Part shown: positions 27,922 to 39,165 of the stretch, piece after piece
How the letters are laid out: every line of letters starts with the position of its first letter
How positions within the stretch are numbered: position 1 is the first letter of the stretch
Assembly: GCA_023150555.1 (NCBI GenBank)
Contig: JAKLKQ010000007.1
Location: 65,253-129,252 of the forward strand
Length of the DNA: 64,000 nt
From: Planctomycetota bacterium
GTDB taxonomy: Bacteria; Planctomycetota; SZUA-567; H5-PLA8
Direction of reading: 5' to 3'
Made by a program: the position numbers and the translations under genes
The notes under the pieces: generated by a model
Seen by the model: the letters and a program-made list of their open reading frames with translations, nothing else
What the model was told of the DNA's origin: nothing
Databases searched by the model: none

Positions 27922-28718
27922 TGCAAAACGTTGCGCTCGAGGAGCCAGCCTTCTCCCACCCCGGGCAGCCGCGCAAGAACCCAATCGCCTCGCGACTCAA
28001 CGAGTTCGAACTCCGCGCCTTCCTGCAGCGCTTTGACGAACGCTTCCTTGTAGTCCTCTCCGGGACCTAAGCGCGCAACGGTGGTTTCCAAAACCACGCC
28101 GTACTCGGCCTGCACGTCCTCTTGGTAACCCAGCACCGCGCTGGCGCCTGCGACCAGCAGCAGGGCCGCGGCCACCGCCATCGCGCCGTGCAACCCCGGA
28201 TGCATTCGCGTCCTGCGCCAGGCCAGCAGGCGAAGGCTCGCCAACACGAACAGCAGCGCAAAGCACCCCACGGCAGCCTGTTGCCGCTCCTCCTGGGACA
28301 TCGAATCGTGGAGGAACAATACATGCTTCCACCACGGCGGCTTGGCTTCCGGGTAATGCCCCGGCGCGGTTGCCAGCGCCGACTGAAGGTTGTATTCCAG
28401 GTACGGGTCGCGGGGGCGCAGGCGCTGCGCGCGCCGGTAAGCTGCGATGGCGCGCGCCACCTGCCCCGCGCGCATGTAGGCGTTGCCGAGATTGTACAGC
28501 ACCGCGCCGTTCTGGTAGCCGTCGGCGAGCAGGGATTCGAACAGCGCTGCCGCGTGCGCGAACTCGGCGGGCGTCTTCGCCTTGTCGAAAGCCTCGAGGC
28601 CCTGCACGAACGTCCGCGTGCGGCTCGACTCGTCGGCCCATGCCGGAGCGGCGGCAATCCACGCGCACGCCGCAAGCCCGGCGGCCATCAGGAGGGCCCT
28701 CGCAGCGCGCCTGCTCAT
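27915..28718 (-). CDS. BatE-like TPR + TM + SH3 protein
   Basis: LYNLGNAYMRAG..AIAAYRRAQRL, two TMs and an SH3-like ARLGPG..GEGW; last gene of the Bat operon. Confidence 0.85.
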   Translation of the reverse strand: MSRRAARALLMAAGLAACAWIAAAPAWADESSRTRTFVQGLEAFDKAKTPAEFAHAAALFESLLADGYQNGAVLYNLGNAYMRAGQVARAIAAYRRAQRLRPRDPYLEYNLQSALATAPGHYPEAKPPWWKHVLFLHDSMSQEERQQAAVGCFALLFVLASLRLLAWRRTRMHPGLHGAMAVAAALLLVAGASAVLGYQEDVQAEYGVVLETTVARLGPGEDYKEAFVKALQEGAEFELVESRGDWVLARLPGVGEGWLLERNVLHY

Positions 28719-30604
28719 GCCGAAAGCGCCTTATACAGGCGCCGCGCCAGCGCGGCGGCTCGTTTCCGGATCTCGGCCGCGTCGCCGGCCGCCACGGCGG
28801 CGCCGTAGGCCTGTGCCTCAAGGGCCTCCAACAGCCCGGCCAAATCCTGCCGCAGGTCCTGGTCGGCGGCGGCGGCTTCCAAGGCGCCATCTGCGTCGCG
28901 CGGCGTCGTGCCAGCGGCCGGCAGGTTGACCTGGTCGGCGACCAGACCAAGCAGCGCCGCGCGGACCTCAGCCGATGCATCGGCAGGCTTCCCTTCGGTA
29001 GAAGCGATGCGTTCCAGGCAGCGTTTGAGCGCACCCTGGCGGCGCTGCCACGCGACGTCGTTCTCAATGCGGCGGCGGCGCGCCACCAGAGACCACAACG
29101 CCAGGTAACACAGCACCAGCCCGGCCGGCAGGGCGACATAGGGACGGATGTCCACGCGCTGGTCGTCCAGCTGCGCGAGGTCGGTGATGTTCTGGCGCAG
29201 GCCGCCTTCGGTTTCCTTTAGATCCAGCACGCCCTGGGTCCGGCGCTCGGCGGAGACGATCTCTGCCGAACTGACGCGATCGGCCTTTTGTACGTCAAGT
29301 TTCACCGGATCGGTGTGCACGGTCTCGAACTTCTCGTTCTCGGGATTAAAGTACGTCATGGTAATCGGAGGAAGGTCCACGCCCGCCGCCGCGGGACGCA
29401 GGCTGTAGGTGAAGACCTTGCCCTCCTCCGACTTCTCGCCGATGGGCTTCTCGTCGAACACCTTGAAGCGCTCAACGACCTGCGGCTGGTCGGCGAGATT
29501 GGGGGCCTCGATCAGATTCAACGAGCCGCTACCGGGCTCGGACCTGATCTCCAGCTTCACCTCCAGCGGATCGCCGACGCGCAGGCGCCGAGGGGTAGCC
29601 GTCGCGTGAATGGTGAACCGGCCGATAGCGCCGGAAAAGTCCGCGGGCGCGTTCAGGGTGGCCAGGTCGACCACATCGACAGTGGCGGGCTCGGCGACGA
29701 CCATAAGGCGCTGCGTATTGAGGCGGTTGCCGGTCGCACCAGTTGGCAGCATGCCCTTCAGCGTCGCGGGCCCGAAGGTGACGCGGCCGGGGTGTTCCGC
29801 AACGAATTTCAGCGGAAAGTCGTAGACGAAGTAAAAGGCCTTGGAACCGTCCAGCTTCGCGCGCTGCATCCGGTCGGATTTAGGCAGGACGACGGCCGCG
29901 CGGGTGCCGAAGCCGAAATCCAGCGGCCCGCGGTTGATCGTGTAGCCTTCCATCTCGAAGCCGAAGCGCTTGCGCTGCAGGATCTCGCGCAGCAGGTCGT
30001 CGGGGCGCTGTCGCATCTCGACGCCTTCCGGGGGTTCGAGGAACCACGGCACGCGCAGCGAAGGCGGATTGACAAACTTGATCGGGTCGCGCCCTTCCAA
30101 TCCGGGAACTTCCTGAAGCGCCACCCGCAGGGTGACGGTGAACGGCTGCGTCGGGAAGACGCGCTTGGGCTCGATTACGATCTCGGCCTGGGCCCAGTCC
30201 TGCAACTCCGGCGCGTTGACCGTGATGGCCAGCGGATCGCTGGTGTAGGTCTTCCCTTTGACGGTGATCGTCGCTCCGGGCAGGCGCAGGCGGCCCGACT
30301 TGCGGGGCGTCAGCCGATAGGTGTAGCGCACACCCTGGTAGAGGCGCGTGTTGACCTGGTGCGTGAACGTCATGCGATTCGGGCCGGCGATGTCCCAAAC
30401 GGCCGGATCGAGGCCCAGGTCGGGCGTGATGGACTCGGTGACGTTCAACGCGGTCAACTGATAGGCGATATTCTCGCCGACGTAGACTTCCGTTACGTCG
30501 GTCTCCACCAGCACCTGCACGTCGCCTTCCGCCGCGCGAACGCAGCACGAAACCGCACCGGCCAGTACGGCCGCGAGCAGTTGAAGCGTGCGCGGGTTTC
30601 GCAT
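28715..30604 (-). CDS. BatD family protein
   Basis: Signal peptide, Ig-like repeats (VYVGE, YRLTPRKSG, FSGAIGRF, YFNP) and a C-terminal TM. Confidence 0.85.
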   Translation of the reverse strand: MRNPRTLQLLAAVLAGAVSCCVRAAEGDVQVLVETDVTEVYVGENIAYQLTALNVTESITPDLGLDPAVWDIAGPNRMTFTHQVNTRLYQGVRYTYRLTPRKSGRLRLPGATITVKGKTYTSDPLAITVNAPELQDWAQAEIVIEPKRVFPTQPFTVTLRVALQEVPGLEGRDPIKFVNPPSLRVPWFLEPPEGVEMRQRPDDLLREILQRKRFGFEMEGYTINRGPLDFGFGTRAAVVLPKSDRMQRAKLDGSKAFYFVYDFPLKFVAEHPGRVTFGPATLKGMLPTGATGNRLNTQRLMVVAEPATVDVVDLATLNAPADFSGAIGRFTIHATATPRRLRVGDPLEVKLEIRSEPGSGSLNLIEAPNLADQPQVVERFKVFDEKPIGEKSEEGKVFTYSLRPAAAGVDLPPITMTYFNPENEKFETVHTDPVKLDVQKADRVSSAEIVSAERRTQGVLDLKETEGGLRQNITDLAQLDDQRVDIRPYVALPAGLVLCYLALWSLVARRRRIENDVAWQRRQGALKRCLERIASTEGKPADASAEVRAALLGLVADQVNLPAAGTTPRDADGALEAAAADQDLRQDLAGLLEALEAQAYGAAVAAGDAAEIRKRAAALARRLYKALSA

Positions 30605-30609
30605 GCCGA

Positions 30610-33420
30610 TTACCAATCCTTCTCGACGGGCGCAGGTTGCCCCATGCGCGCCTTCAGGTCTTCCTGAACCTTGCGGCGCTCCTTCTCGTGCTCGCGCGCC
30701 TTGCGCATCAGGGCCTCGATCTCTTCTTCGGTCATCTCGCGCTGGTCCTGGTTTTCCTGGCCGCCGTCTTTCTGCTCCTTCTTGTCCTGATCCTTCTTCT
30801 GGTCACCCTGATTATTGCCTTTGTTCTTATCCTGGTCCTTGTCGTCCTTCTTCTGGTCCTCACCCTTCTTCTGCTGCTGGTCCTGCGGGTCGCCCTGCTG
30901 TTGCTGCTGGTCTTTCGGCAGGTTCTTCGAGATCTCCTCCAGGATCTTGCGCGCCTCCCCCGCTTCCGGATGTGCCGCGCCGCGCCGGCCCGCGGACAAA
31001 TGCTTCGCCGCAGCCGCCTGGTGCTTCAGGGCTTTGGGCGCAAGATCGATCGCCTTCTCAACGCCTTCCTTGACCTTCTTCGGATCCTGCTCCTGCTTGG
31101 GCACGGGTGGCTGCGTGCCGTTCTTGGGATCGGCCTGGTCCGTATCGGGCAAGGCTTCCAGCATCTTAAGCATCTCTTTCGCTTTCGGCACTATCAGAGC
31201 GGCCGACCGCTGGGCGTTCTCCTGTTCCTTCAGCACCCGCGCGGTAGGCGTCGCGACGGCGGGATCCGGCGCCGCGGAGCCATCCGCCGCCTGCGGCCTG
31301 ACGGCTTCGACGACGCGCGTCTGCCGTTCCAGCGCACGCGCCACGATCGGCCCGACGGGCGCCAGCACTTCCCAGATCGATTCCAGATTCGAACTCGCCT
31401 GTTCCTGGGCCTGCGATGCTGCAGCCGGATCGTGCAAGCCCAGCTTCTCGGCGGCCAGGCCCATCTGCCGGGCAGACTCGGCGGACCATTTGAGGAACTG
31501 GGCGACAGCCTGTTCGAGGTGCTCGGTCTGCTCCTTCGAGGGCGCCGGGCCCTGCTGGCCGGGCGGCCCGCCCTGGCCATGGGCCTGGGCCTTGAGTTCC
31601 TCGATCTTCGCGTTGAGAGTGGGAATCTCCTCGAGCAGCGCGGCCTGAGCGCGCTTGAGTTCCGCAAAGCGATCGACCGGCGTCTGCGGATCGGCGGCGG
31701 CGGCATCGCTCTGGTCGCGCAGGCCGTTCTCGGTTTTCATCAGGTAGTCCAGGAACTGTACGAGGTCCATGTCCTTGCGGCGCTGCTCCTGCTCCTGCTT
31801 GCGCCAGAGTTCCGTGTAGTACTTGATCCAGAGGCGGATGCGCTCCAGGTTGCGGCGCGCTTGTGCGTGGCTCTTGTCAAAGGCCAGGCACTGGCGGTAG
31901 TTCGCAACTGCCGCGGCGAGGCGCTCGAGCACCTGAGGGCGCTTCTCGGGCGCGAGTTGCGCGGGATTGGATCCCACCAGCGCATTGGCCGCGTCGGCTT
32001 CCAGGCAGCCAAGATTGTAACGCGCGGACGAAGCAATGTGGCGGTCGCGCGAGAGGCTGGCCTTCTGGTACTGCTCGGCCGCGCGTTCGAGGTCGCCTTC
32101 CTTCTGGTAGGCGCAAGCGAGGTCGAAGGCGATCTCCGGCGTCTCGGGCTGGGAGACGTCGGCCCCCATGAACTTGCGCCGCGCGCCGGAGTAATCGGCG
32201 TTCGCATATGCCTCCAGGCCTTCGCGGACCAGCACCACCGGGTCGCCGGTCGCGATCTCCTCCTTTTTCTTTTCCTTGCCCTGCGATTCTTCTGCGGGCG
32301 GTCCGGTCTTCTCCGGTACCGCGGATACGGCTTCGCTCGCCCGAACGCTGCCCGCGCCCAGCACCACGGCCAGCAGCACGCCGCCAGCGGCCAGCGACCC
32401 CCTGCCTGCTGGCGCGGCCACCTCCGGCCGCGCGCGCCTCGGGAAACGGCGCACGAACATCTCGAGCACAAAGAAGATCAGCCCGAGGCCAAGGAAGACC
32501 TGGTACTGCTCCCGCATGCGCTTGCGCTTCTGCTCGTTGGCCTCCTCGCCCTGCATCTTGCGGATGCGCTCGGCCAGGTCCTCGAAGTCGTAGCCGCGCA
32601 CGCCGAAGGGCACGTAGGCACCGCGCGTCGTCAGGGCAATCTTGCGCAGCAGGTCCTCATCCAGTTGCGAACGCACTTCCTTGCCCTGGTAGGTCATCAC
32701 CGAACCGGCGGTCTTGCCGGGCACCGGCGCGCCCTCCTCCGGATCGCCCACGCCGACGGCGAAGACGGGGATGTTGCGCTCCTCGGCGGCCTCCGCCGCT
32801 TCCATGGGATAGCTGTCCTGGTCGCCGCCGTCGGTGATGAGGAGCATGGCCTGGTCACGCGAGCCGTCCTTGGGCAGCACCTCCAAGGCCTTGCGGATGG
32901 CGTCGCCAATGGCCGTTCCGCCGCGCGGCGCGCTGTCGGTGTCTACGTCGTCCAGGGCCAGGCGGAAGAAACCGCTGTCGGACGTCAGCGGGCACTGCAC
33001 GACCGGCCGGCCCGCGAAGGCGATCAGGCCCATGCGCACGCCTTCCAGCTTGTTGGCCAGCACCTTGATGTCTTCCTTGGCGCGCTGCAGGCGGCTGGGC
33101 GCGACGTCCCGCGCGGTCATCGAACGAGAGACATCCAGCAACACGTACAGGTCACCGCCGCGCTGGCGAATCTGCGTGAAATACACCCCGAAGCGCGGCC
33201 GCGCCGCCGCCAGGAGCACGCAAACCAGTGCCAAGGCCCACAGGCCCGTCTTGAGCCAGAAGCGCGCAGGGCTGTCGGGCGGCAGCAGGCGCTCGTGCAT
33301 AGCTTCCGCGACGAAGGCCCGCGCGGCGCGGCGCCGGCGGATGCGCGCGTAGTAGGCCAGCCCGATCCACAGCGGGACCAGCCAAAGGAAGTAAAGCGCC
33401 TCGGGGTTCTGCCAGTTCAT
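30610..33420 (-). CDS. BatB-like vWA domain fused to a BatC-like TPR region and a Gln/Asp/Lys-rich tail
   Basis: MIDAS DVSRSM, APSRL, LITDGGD, TPRs (YNLG, ARRNLE) and terminal VEKDW. Confidence 0.9.
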   Translation of the reverse strand: MNWQNPEALYFLWLVPLWIGLAYYARIRRRRAARAFVAEAMHERLLPPDSPARFWLKTGLWALALVCVLLAAARPRFGVYFTQIRQRGGDLYVLLDVSRSMTARDVAPSRLQRAKEDIKVLANKLEGVRMGLIAFAGRPVVQCPLTSDSGFFRLALDDVDTDSAPRGGTAIGDAIRKALEVLPKDGSRDQAMLLITDGGDQDSYPMEAAEAAEERNIPVFAVGVGDPEEGAPVPGKTAGSVMTYQGKEVRSQLDEDLLRKIALTTRGAYVPFGVRGYDFEDLAERIRKMQGEEANEQKRKRMREQYQVFLGLGLIFFVLEMFVRRFPRRARPEVAAPAGRGSLAAGGVLLAVVLGAGSVRASEAVSAVPEKTGPPAEESQGKEKKKEEIATGDPVVLVREGLEAYANADYSGARRKFMGADVSQPETPEIAFDLACAYQKEGDLERAAEQYQKASLSRDRHIASSARYNLGCLEADAANALVGSNPAQLAPEKRPQVLERLAAAVANYRQCLAFDKSHAQARRNLERIRLWIKYYTELWRKQEQEQRRKDMDLVQFLDYLMKTENGLRDQSDAAAADPQTPVDRFAELKRAQAALLEEIPTLNAKIEELKAQAHGQGGPPGQQGPAPSKEQTEHLEQAVAQFLKWSAESARQMGLAAEKLGLHDPAAASQAQEQASSNLESIWEVLAPVGPIVARALERQTRVVEAVRPQAADGSAAPDPAVATPTARVLKEQENAQRSAALIVPKAKEMLKMLEALPDTDQADPKNGTQPPVPKQEQDPKKVKEGVEKAIDLAPKALKHQAAAAKHLSAGRRGAAHPEAGEARKILEEISKNLPKDQQQQQGDPQDQQQKKGEDQKKDDKDQDKNKGNNQGDQKKDQDKKEQKDGGQENQDQREMTEEEIEALMRKAREHEKERRKVQEDLKARMGQPAPVEKDW

Positions 33421-33433
33421 CGCTCGTTTCCCG

Positions 33434-34516
33434 TCATGGCAGCGCACGGAAGCGCGTCGCCATCAGTACGGCCTCCAGCAGCAGCAAACCCAGCCCGGCC
33501 AGCAGCGGAATGAGGAACAGTTCGTCGTACTCGGTGTACACCGCCTGCTCGGTCTCGCTGCGTTCGAGCTGGTCGATGCTCTTGTAGACTTCCACCAGGG
33601 CCTCGGTGTTCTCGGCGTGGTAGTAGCTTCCGCCGGTCTCCTCGGCGGCCTTGCGCAGCAGGTCTTCGTCGAGCGAAACGCTGATGTGCTCGATGACAGT
33701 GCGTCCGTAGGCGTCCTCGACCTGGATGGGTGCCTGCCCAGTGTGCCCGATGCCGATGGCGTAGATCTTCACGCCCTTCTTCTTGGCTGCTTCGATGGCC
33801 TTCTCCGGCTCCACGACCCCGACGTTGCTCTCGCCGTCGGACAGCAGAACGATGATCTTGCTCTTGGCCTCGACCTGCTCGAGCCGGTCCAGTGCCAGCG
33901 CCAGGGCGTCGCCGATGGCCGTGGCGCGCTCCTCCTGGACCAGTTCCCGGTTGATGGGCCGGCCCTGGCGGTCGAAGATCAGGCGCGGGACTTCCAGCGA
34001 ATTCAACACGTCCACGAACGCGCCGTGATCCAGCGTCAGCGGGCAGCGGCTGTAGGCCGTGCCGCCGAAACCGACCAGGCCCATCAGATCGTTCGCGCGC
34101 CCGCGCAGGCCCGAACCCTTACTACCGGCCACGAACTCGCCGAGCACATACTTGACGGCTTCCAGGCGCGTGACCTGCTTGTCGTCGAGGCTGAAGTCCA
34201 TAGCCTCCATGGAGCCCGAGACGTCCAGGGCTGCCTCGATGGCAATGCCTTCCGTGCGCACGCGCGTCTCCGTGATGCCCAGCTGAGGCCGCGCCAGCGC
34301 CACGGTCAGGAACAGCAGCCCCAGGCAGCGGATGACCGGCATCCAGGCCTTCACGCGCTGCGCGACCGTGACCGGCACGTCCTTCAGGCCCTGCAGGCTG
34401 CTGAAGATCGCCGTCGGCCGGTTGCGCGCGCGCGCCGACCACCACACACCGGCGACGGCCAGCGGTGCCAGGAAGAACGCCTGCGGCGTATGCCACTGCG
34501 GCAGCCAGTCCCACAC
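33434..34516 (-). CDS. BatA-like vWA domain protein
   Basis: ALARPQ, DVSGSMEAMDF, TAIGDAL and LLSDGESN. Confidence 0.92.
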   Translation of the reverse strand: MWDWLPQWHTPQAFFLAPLAVAGVWWSARARNRPTAIFSSLQGLKDVPVTVAQRVKAWMPVIRCLGLLFLTVALARPQLGITETRVRTEGIAIEAALDVSGSMEAMDFSLDDKQVTRLEAVKYVLGEFVAGSKGSGLRGRANDLMGLVGFGGTAYSRCPLTLDHGAFVDVLNSLEVPRLIFDRQGRPINRELVQEERATAIGDALALALDRLEQVEAKSKIIVLLSDGESNVGVVEPEKAIEAAKKKGVKIYAIGIGHTGQAPIQVEDAYGRTVIEHISVSLDEDLLRKAAEETGGSYYHAENTEALVEVYKSIDQLERSETEQAVYTEYDELFLIPLLAGLGLLLLEAVLMATRFRALP

Positions 34517-34558
34517 GGGCGTTGCGGTCCCCTCTCCGGTCGTTCACGCCGCGCCGCC

Positions 34559-35680
34559 TCAACGCAGCGTCGCGGCCTGCTCCTTGCGCAGCGCTTCCTC
34601 GGGCTCGCCCTGCGCGATCAACCTGCTCTCGCCGCGCACGCCGACGAACTCCTGCGCGCGCGTAAACGCTTCCTCGATGTCCTTCGCATCCGGACGGTGC
34701 GCGGCGTACTTCACCATGTCGCTGGCTTCCAGGAAGCGGCTCAGCTGACGCGCCTTCTCGGCCACGAAGCGCCGGTCGGCCTGCATCGCGCGCAGGAACT
34801 CCTCGGTGGTCTGCTCCGGCGCGTGGATGCCGGTGATGCGTTCGATGTAGCGGCGCACGACGCCGGTCAGTTCGACGTAGAAATCCACGATCAGACCCTG
34901 CTCGGGCAGGTTGCGCTGCATCAATGCGAGCAGCTCCTGATAGGCGACCATTTCCGGAGACGGCGGCGGCGGAATAAAGATCGGCTCCTCGCGGCGCCTG
35001 AACGCGAAGTACGCGATCGTACCCAGGACCACGACCGTCCCCACGATGACCCAGGCCAGCCAACCGAAGCGCGGTTCGCCGGGCAGCGGCACCGGATCGG
35101 CCATGGGCTCGAGTTTCGCGAGGTCCGGCACGTCCTCGCCGAATTCGGAAGAGACCTCCAATTCCACCGGATCGAGTTCGATCGCGGAGGTCTTGCCCTT
35201 TGACTCGCTGCCTTCCCGGCGGTCGGTGAACTCGATGCGAATCGCGCGGACCAGGTGCTTCTCCGCGCAGGTCGGTTCGAGGCGGTACTCCCAGCGGCGA
35301 ACCGTCTTGCCGTCCTCGATGGCCGGCGCAGGCGAAGCGTAGTCCAGGATAGTGAAGTCGCCGACGGCGGCGGCAAAAGGAGGAGGCGCGATGTCCACCT
35401 GCGGTTCGGCGCGGACGGTGACGACCAGCGTCACGACGTCGCTCAAGCGCGGCTCCGCGGGCGTGACCTCCAGATGCGCGTGGACCGGACCGTTCTCCGC
35501 GTCGCGCGTGACATTCGCCGGCGCCGCAGCTTCATTCTCCGCCGGGCCGTCCTCGCCGGACGGCTCGGATTTCCCACACCCCGCCAAGACCAGGGCCAAA
35601 GCCAGCGCTGCCAACAGCACCGGCGCGGCGTCCGCCCGGCGGCGGCATTCCTCGGAGTATGGGCGCATCGGCATGTTCAT
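34559..35680 (-). CDS. Bat-operon membrane lipoprotein (BatD/DUF4381-like)
   Basis: Lipobox LAGC, a single TM, RRYIE..EQTTEEFL and DMVKYA. Confidence 0.8.
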   Translation of the reverse strand: MNMPMRPYSEECRRRADAAPVLLAALALALVLAGCGKSEPSGEDGPAENEAAAPANVTRDAENGPVHAHLEVTPAEPRLSDVVTLVVTVRAEPQVDIAPPPFAAAVGDFTILDYASPAPAIEDGKTVRRWEYRLEPTCAEKHLVRAIRIEFTDRREGSESKGKTSAIELDPVELEVSSEFGEDVPDLAKLEPMADPVPLPGEPRFGWLAWVIVGTVVVLGTIAYFAFRRREEPIFIPPPPSPEMVAYQELLALMQRNLPEQGLIVDFYVELTGVVRRYIERITGIHAPEQTTEEFLRAMQADRRFVAEKARQLSRFLEASDMVKYAAHRPDAKDIEEAFTRAQEFVGVRGESRLIAQGEPEEALRKEQAATLR

Positions 35681-37110
35681 TTCTGCGCGGGGGCCTTCTC
35701 CGGTTCGGGTCCTCGGCCGCGGCTATCGCCTTCCAGTATCACGCGGTAGCGCGCACGCAGGTCACGGACCAGCTCATCGCTCAATTCCCGCTGCCGGGTC
35801 TGCAGGCAGCGTGCGCGAACCTGCTCGGCGGCCTGCTCGAACGGCCGCACGGGGTCAATCTCGCGCGATTGCACCAGGAAGAGAAAGTGCCGGCCCTCGA
35901 CCTGCATCGGCGCGGAGACCCTGCCCGTCGGTTCGCCAAAGACGAAGGCGTCGAGGTCCACCGAATTCGGCAGGCCCAGCAGGCTGCCGCCCTGCTGGTA
36001 GGACGTGGAAAGCGCGCCGCCGTCCTTTTTGGTGGCCTCGTGGATCGAACTTGCCTTGGCGGCCTCCCGGAAAGCCGGCTCGCCGGCCTCCTTCAGCTTC
36101 GCAGCCAGGTCCAGGGCGTCCTTGGCTGAGGCGCATTCGATCAGCAGCAGCTTCGCATTCGATGGCCCGGTGAACTCGCTCTTGTGCCCGGCGTAGTAGT
36201 TCTTCAGGTCCTCGGGCGTCGCGACCAGCCGCGCGCCGATCTCCTTTTCAAGCACCGCCCGCTCCAGGAGCATGCGCTCGACCTGGCTCATGCGTCCCAG
36301 AAAGGCATCGTCGCGGTCCAGGCCCAATTCGCGGGCGCGCCTTACGAGCACTTCCTGCTGGAGCAGTTGGTTCAGGATCTCCTCGCGGTGCCGGGGCGCG
36401 CGCAACTCGGACAACAGCTGTTCGCGGGCTTGGGCGTCCATCCGCCCGCCCAGCATTGCGTCGACCTGGCCTTCGACAAGGCGATCCAGGTCTGCGGTGG
36501 TCACCGGCTCACCGTCGATGCGCGCGAGCACCTCTGCCTCGCCGGCCTCCGCGCCCGTGGTGCGCCGGCGCAGTTCGCGGCCGACTTCGCCCGAACGGCC
36601 TAGCTTGCCCAGGCAATCGACCAGGCGCAGCCCGATCTGGTGCTTGAGATTGTCGTCGCCGCCCTGCTTCAGGTCGCGCTCGGCGGCCACGTAAGACGCG
36701 GCTGCTTTTTCCGCGTCGCCGGCCTTCTCGAAGAGCGTCCCGGCGCGGTACATGAACTTGGCTCGCTTACCGGCGTCCGCTTGACCGCGCGCGACCGCGC
36801 GCCACTCGGCGGCGGCTTCAGACCACAGGCTGCGCTCTTCCAGGCGCAGGGCCAGGGCATCGTCCCCGGTCAGCGCGGAGCCGGACGCAGCGGACTCGGA
36901 CTCGGCGCCGGCGGACGAACCGCCGCCGGGGCGCAGCAGCAGGAGAACCAGGATGCCGAGATTCAGCAGGAGCACGAGAAAGACCAGCGAACGCCCGCCG
37001 GAAGGGGCAGGCGAAGCAGCGGACCTGGCGAGCGGGCCGGGTGCCGGAGCCAACTGGAGTTGAGGCGACGGGCCCGCGCCGGGTGCCTGATCGCCGCTGG
37101 TTTCGGACAT
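35677..37110 (-). CDS. Membrane-anchored TPR + PpiC-type peptidyl-prolyl isomerase/chaperone
   Basis: TM, TPR-like helices, a SurA-like N-domain (VLARIDGEPVT) and parvulin-like FREAAKASS..KDGG, GRVSAPM. Confidence 0.8.
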   Translation of the reverse strand: MSETSGDQAPGAGPSPQLQLAPAPGPLARSAASPAPSGGRSLVFLVLLLNLGILVLLLLRPGGGSSAGAESESAASGSALTGDDALALRLEERSLWSEAAAEWRAVARGQADAGKRAKFMYRAGTLFEKAGDAEKAAASYVAAERDLKQGGDDNLKHQIGLRLVDCLGKLGRSGEVGRELRRRTTGAEAGEAEVLARIDGEPVTTADLDRLVEGQVDAMLGGRMDAQAREQLLSELRAPRHREEILNQLLQQEVLVRRARELGLDRDDAFLGRMSQVERMLLERAVLEKEIGARLVATPEDLKNYYAGHKSEFTGPSNAKLLLIECASAKDALDLAAKLKEAGEPAFREAAKASSIHEATKKDGGALSTSYQQGGSLLGLPNSVDLDAFVFGEPTGRVSAPMQVEGRHFLFLVQSREIDPVRPFEQAAEQVRARCLQTRQRELSDELVRDLRARYRVILEGDSRGRGPEPEKAPAQK

Positions 37111-37134
37111 AGCGATGTCTTTCTCTCCGGCGCG

Positions 37135-38022
37135 CTACCGAAAGCGGCGCTCGCGCATGCGGAAGAAGGCCTGCAGGGTCTGGGCGTACGGGCGGTCCGT
37201 CCGGATCTCCAGGCGGTCGACGCCCATGCGCCGCATGCCGGTCTCGAGCGCAAAACGGCGCCGCGCGGCAATCTGCTCGAAGAGGCGCCGGACCGCGCGG
37301 CTGCGCGTATCAAGTTCGCGGACCTCCCCGGTTTCGGCGTCCTCAAGGACGATGAAACCTACATCGGGCAGCGTCTCCTCGCGCGGGTCGGCGAGGTTCA
37401 TGGCGATCACGTCGTGGCGCAGGTTCGCGATGGCCAGGGCGCGGCTGCATTCGGGCCCCAGGAAATCGCTCATGACGAAGACCACGGCGCGGCGGCGCTG
37501 GACGCGCCGGATGAACTCCAGCGCGGCGCCGATGTCGGTGACTTCGCGCACGGGCTCGACGGCCAGCAGGTCGCGGATCAGCCGAAGGACGTTGCTGCGC
37601 CCCTTGCGCGGCGGGACGTAGCGGCGGACGCCGTCGGCAAAGAGCACCAGGCCGACCTTGTCGTTGTTCTTGAGCGCGCTGAACATCAGCACGGCCGCGA
37701 CATGGGCGGCAGTCTCGAGCATGCTCCGGCTGTGGCTGCCGAACATGCCGGACGCGGAGATGTCCACGGCCAGCAGCACGGTCAGTTCGCGCTCCTCGCA
37801 GAAGCGCTTCACGTACGGATGGCCGGTGCGTGCGGTGACGTTCCAGTCGATGCTGCGGATCTCGTCGCCGGGCACGTATTCGCGGACTTCCTCGAAGACC
37901 ATGCCGCGGCCCTTAAAGGCCGACAGGTACCCGCCGGCCAGGAAGTCGTTGACCTGGCGGCTGGCGGTGATCTGGATGCGGCGGACTTCCTTGAGTATTT
38001 CCGCGATTTCGCGCTGCGGCAT
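37135..38022 (-). CDS. DUF58 domain protein
   Basis: FKGRGMVFEEVREYVPGDEIRSIDWNVTAR, DISASG and SDF. Confidence 0.95.
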   Translation of the reverse strand: MPQREIAEILKEVRRIQITASRQVNDFLAGGYLSAFKGRGMVFEEVREYVPGDEIRSIDWNVTARTGHPYVKRFCEERELTVLLAVDISASGMFGSHSRSMLETAAHVAAVLMFSALKNNDKVGLVLFADGVRRYVPPRKGRSNVLRLIRDLLAVEPVREVTDIGAALEFIRRVQRRRAVVFVMSDFLGPECSRALAIANLRHDVIAMNLADPREETLPDVGFIVLEDAETGEVRELDTRSRAVRRLFEQIAARRRFALETGMRRMGVDRLEIRTDRPYAQTLQAFFRMRERRFR

Positions 38023-38033
38023 GGACAGAACCC

Positions 38034-39026
<993 letters not shown>

Positions 39027-39165
39027 GTCCCTTCCTCGAACCCGTTTACAAACCTGGAGTTGCCGGCAAGCAGCGTATTACACCGCGCCTGTCAAAGCGA
39101 CGCCGAAAAAGCCGCGCCCTTCAGGGCCGAAACGCCAGAAGAGCGGGCCGCCCGATGAAAAAGGA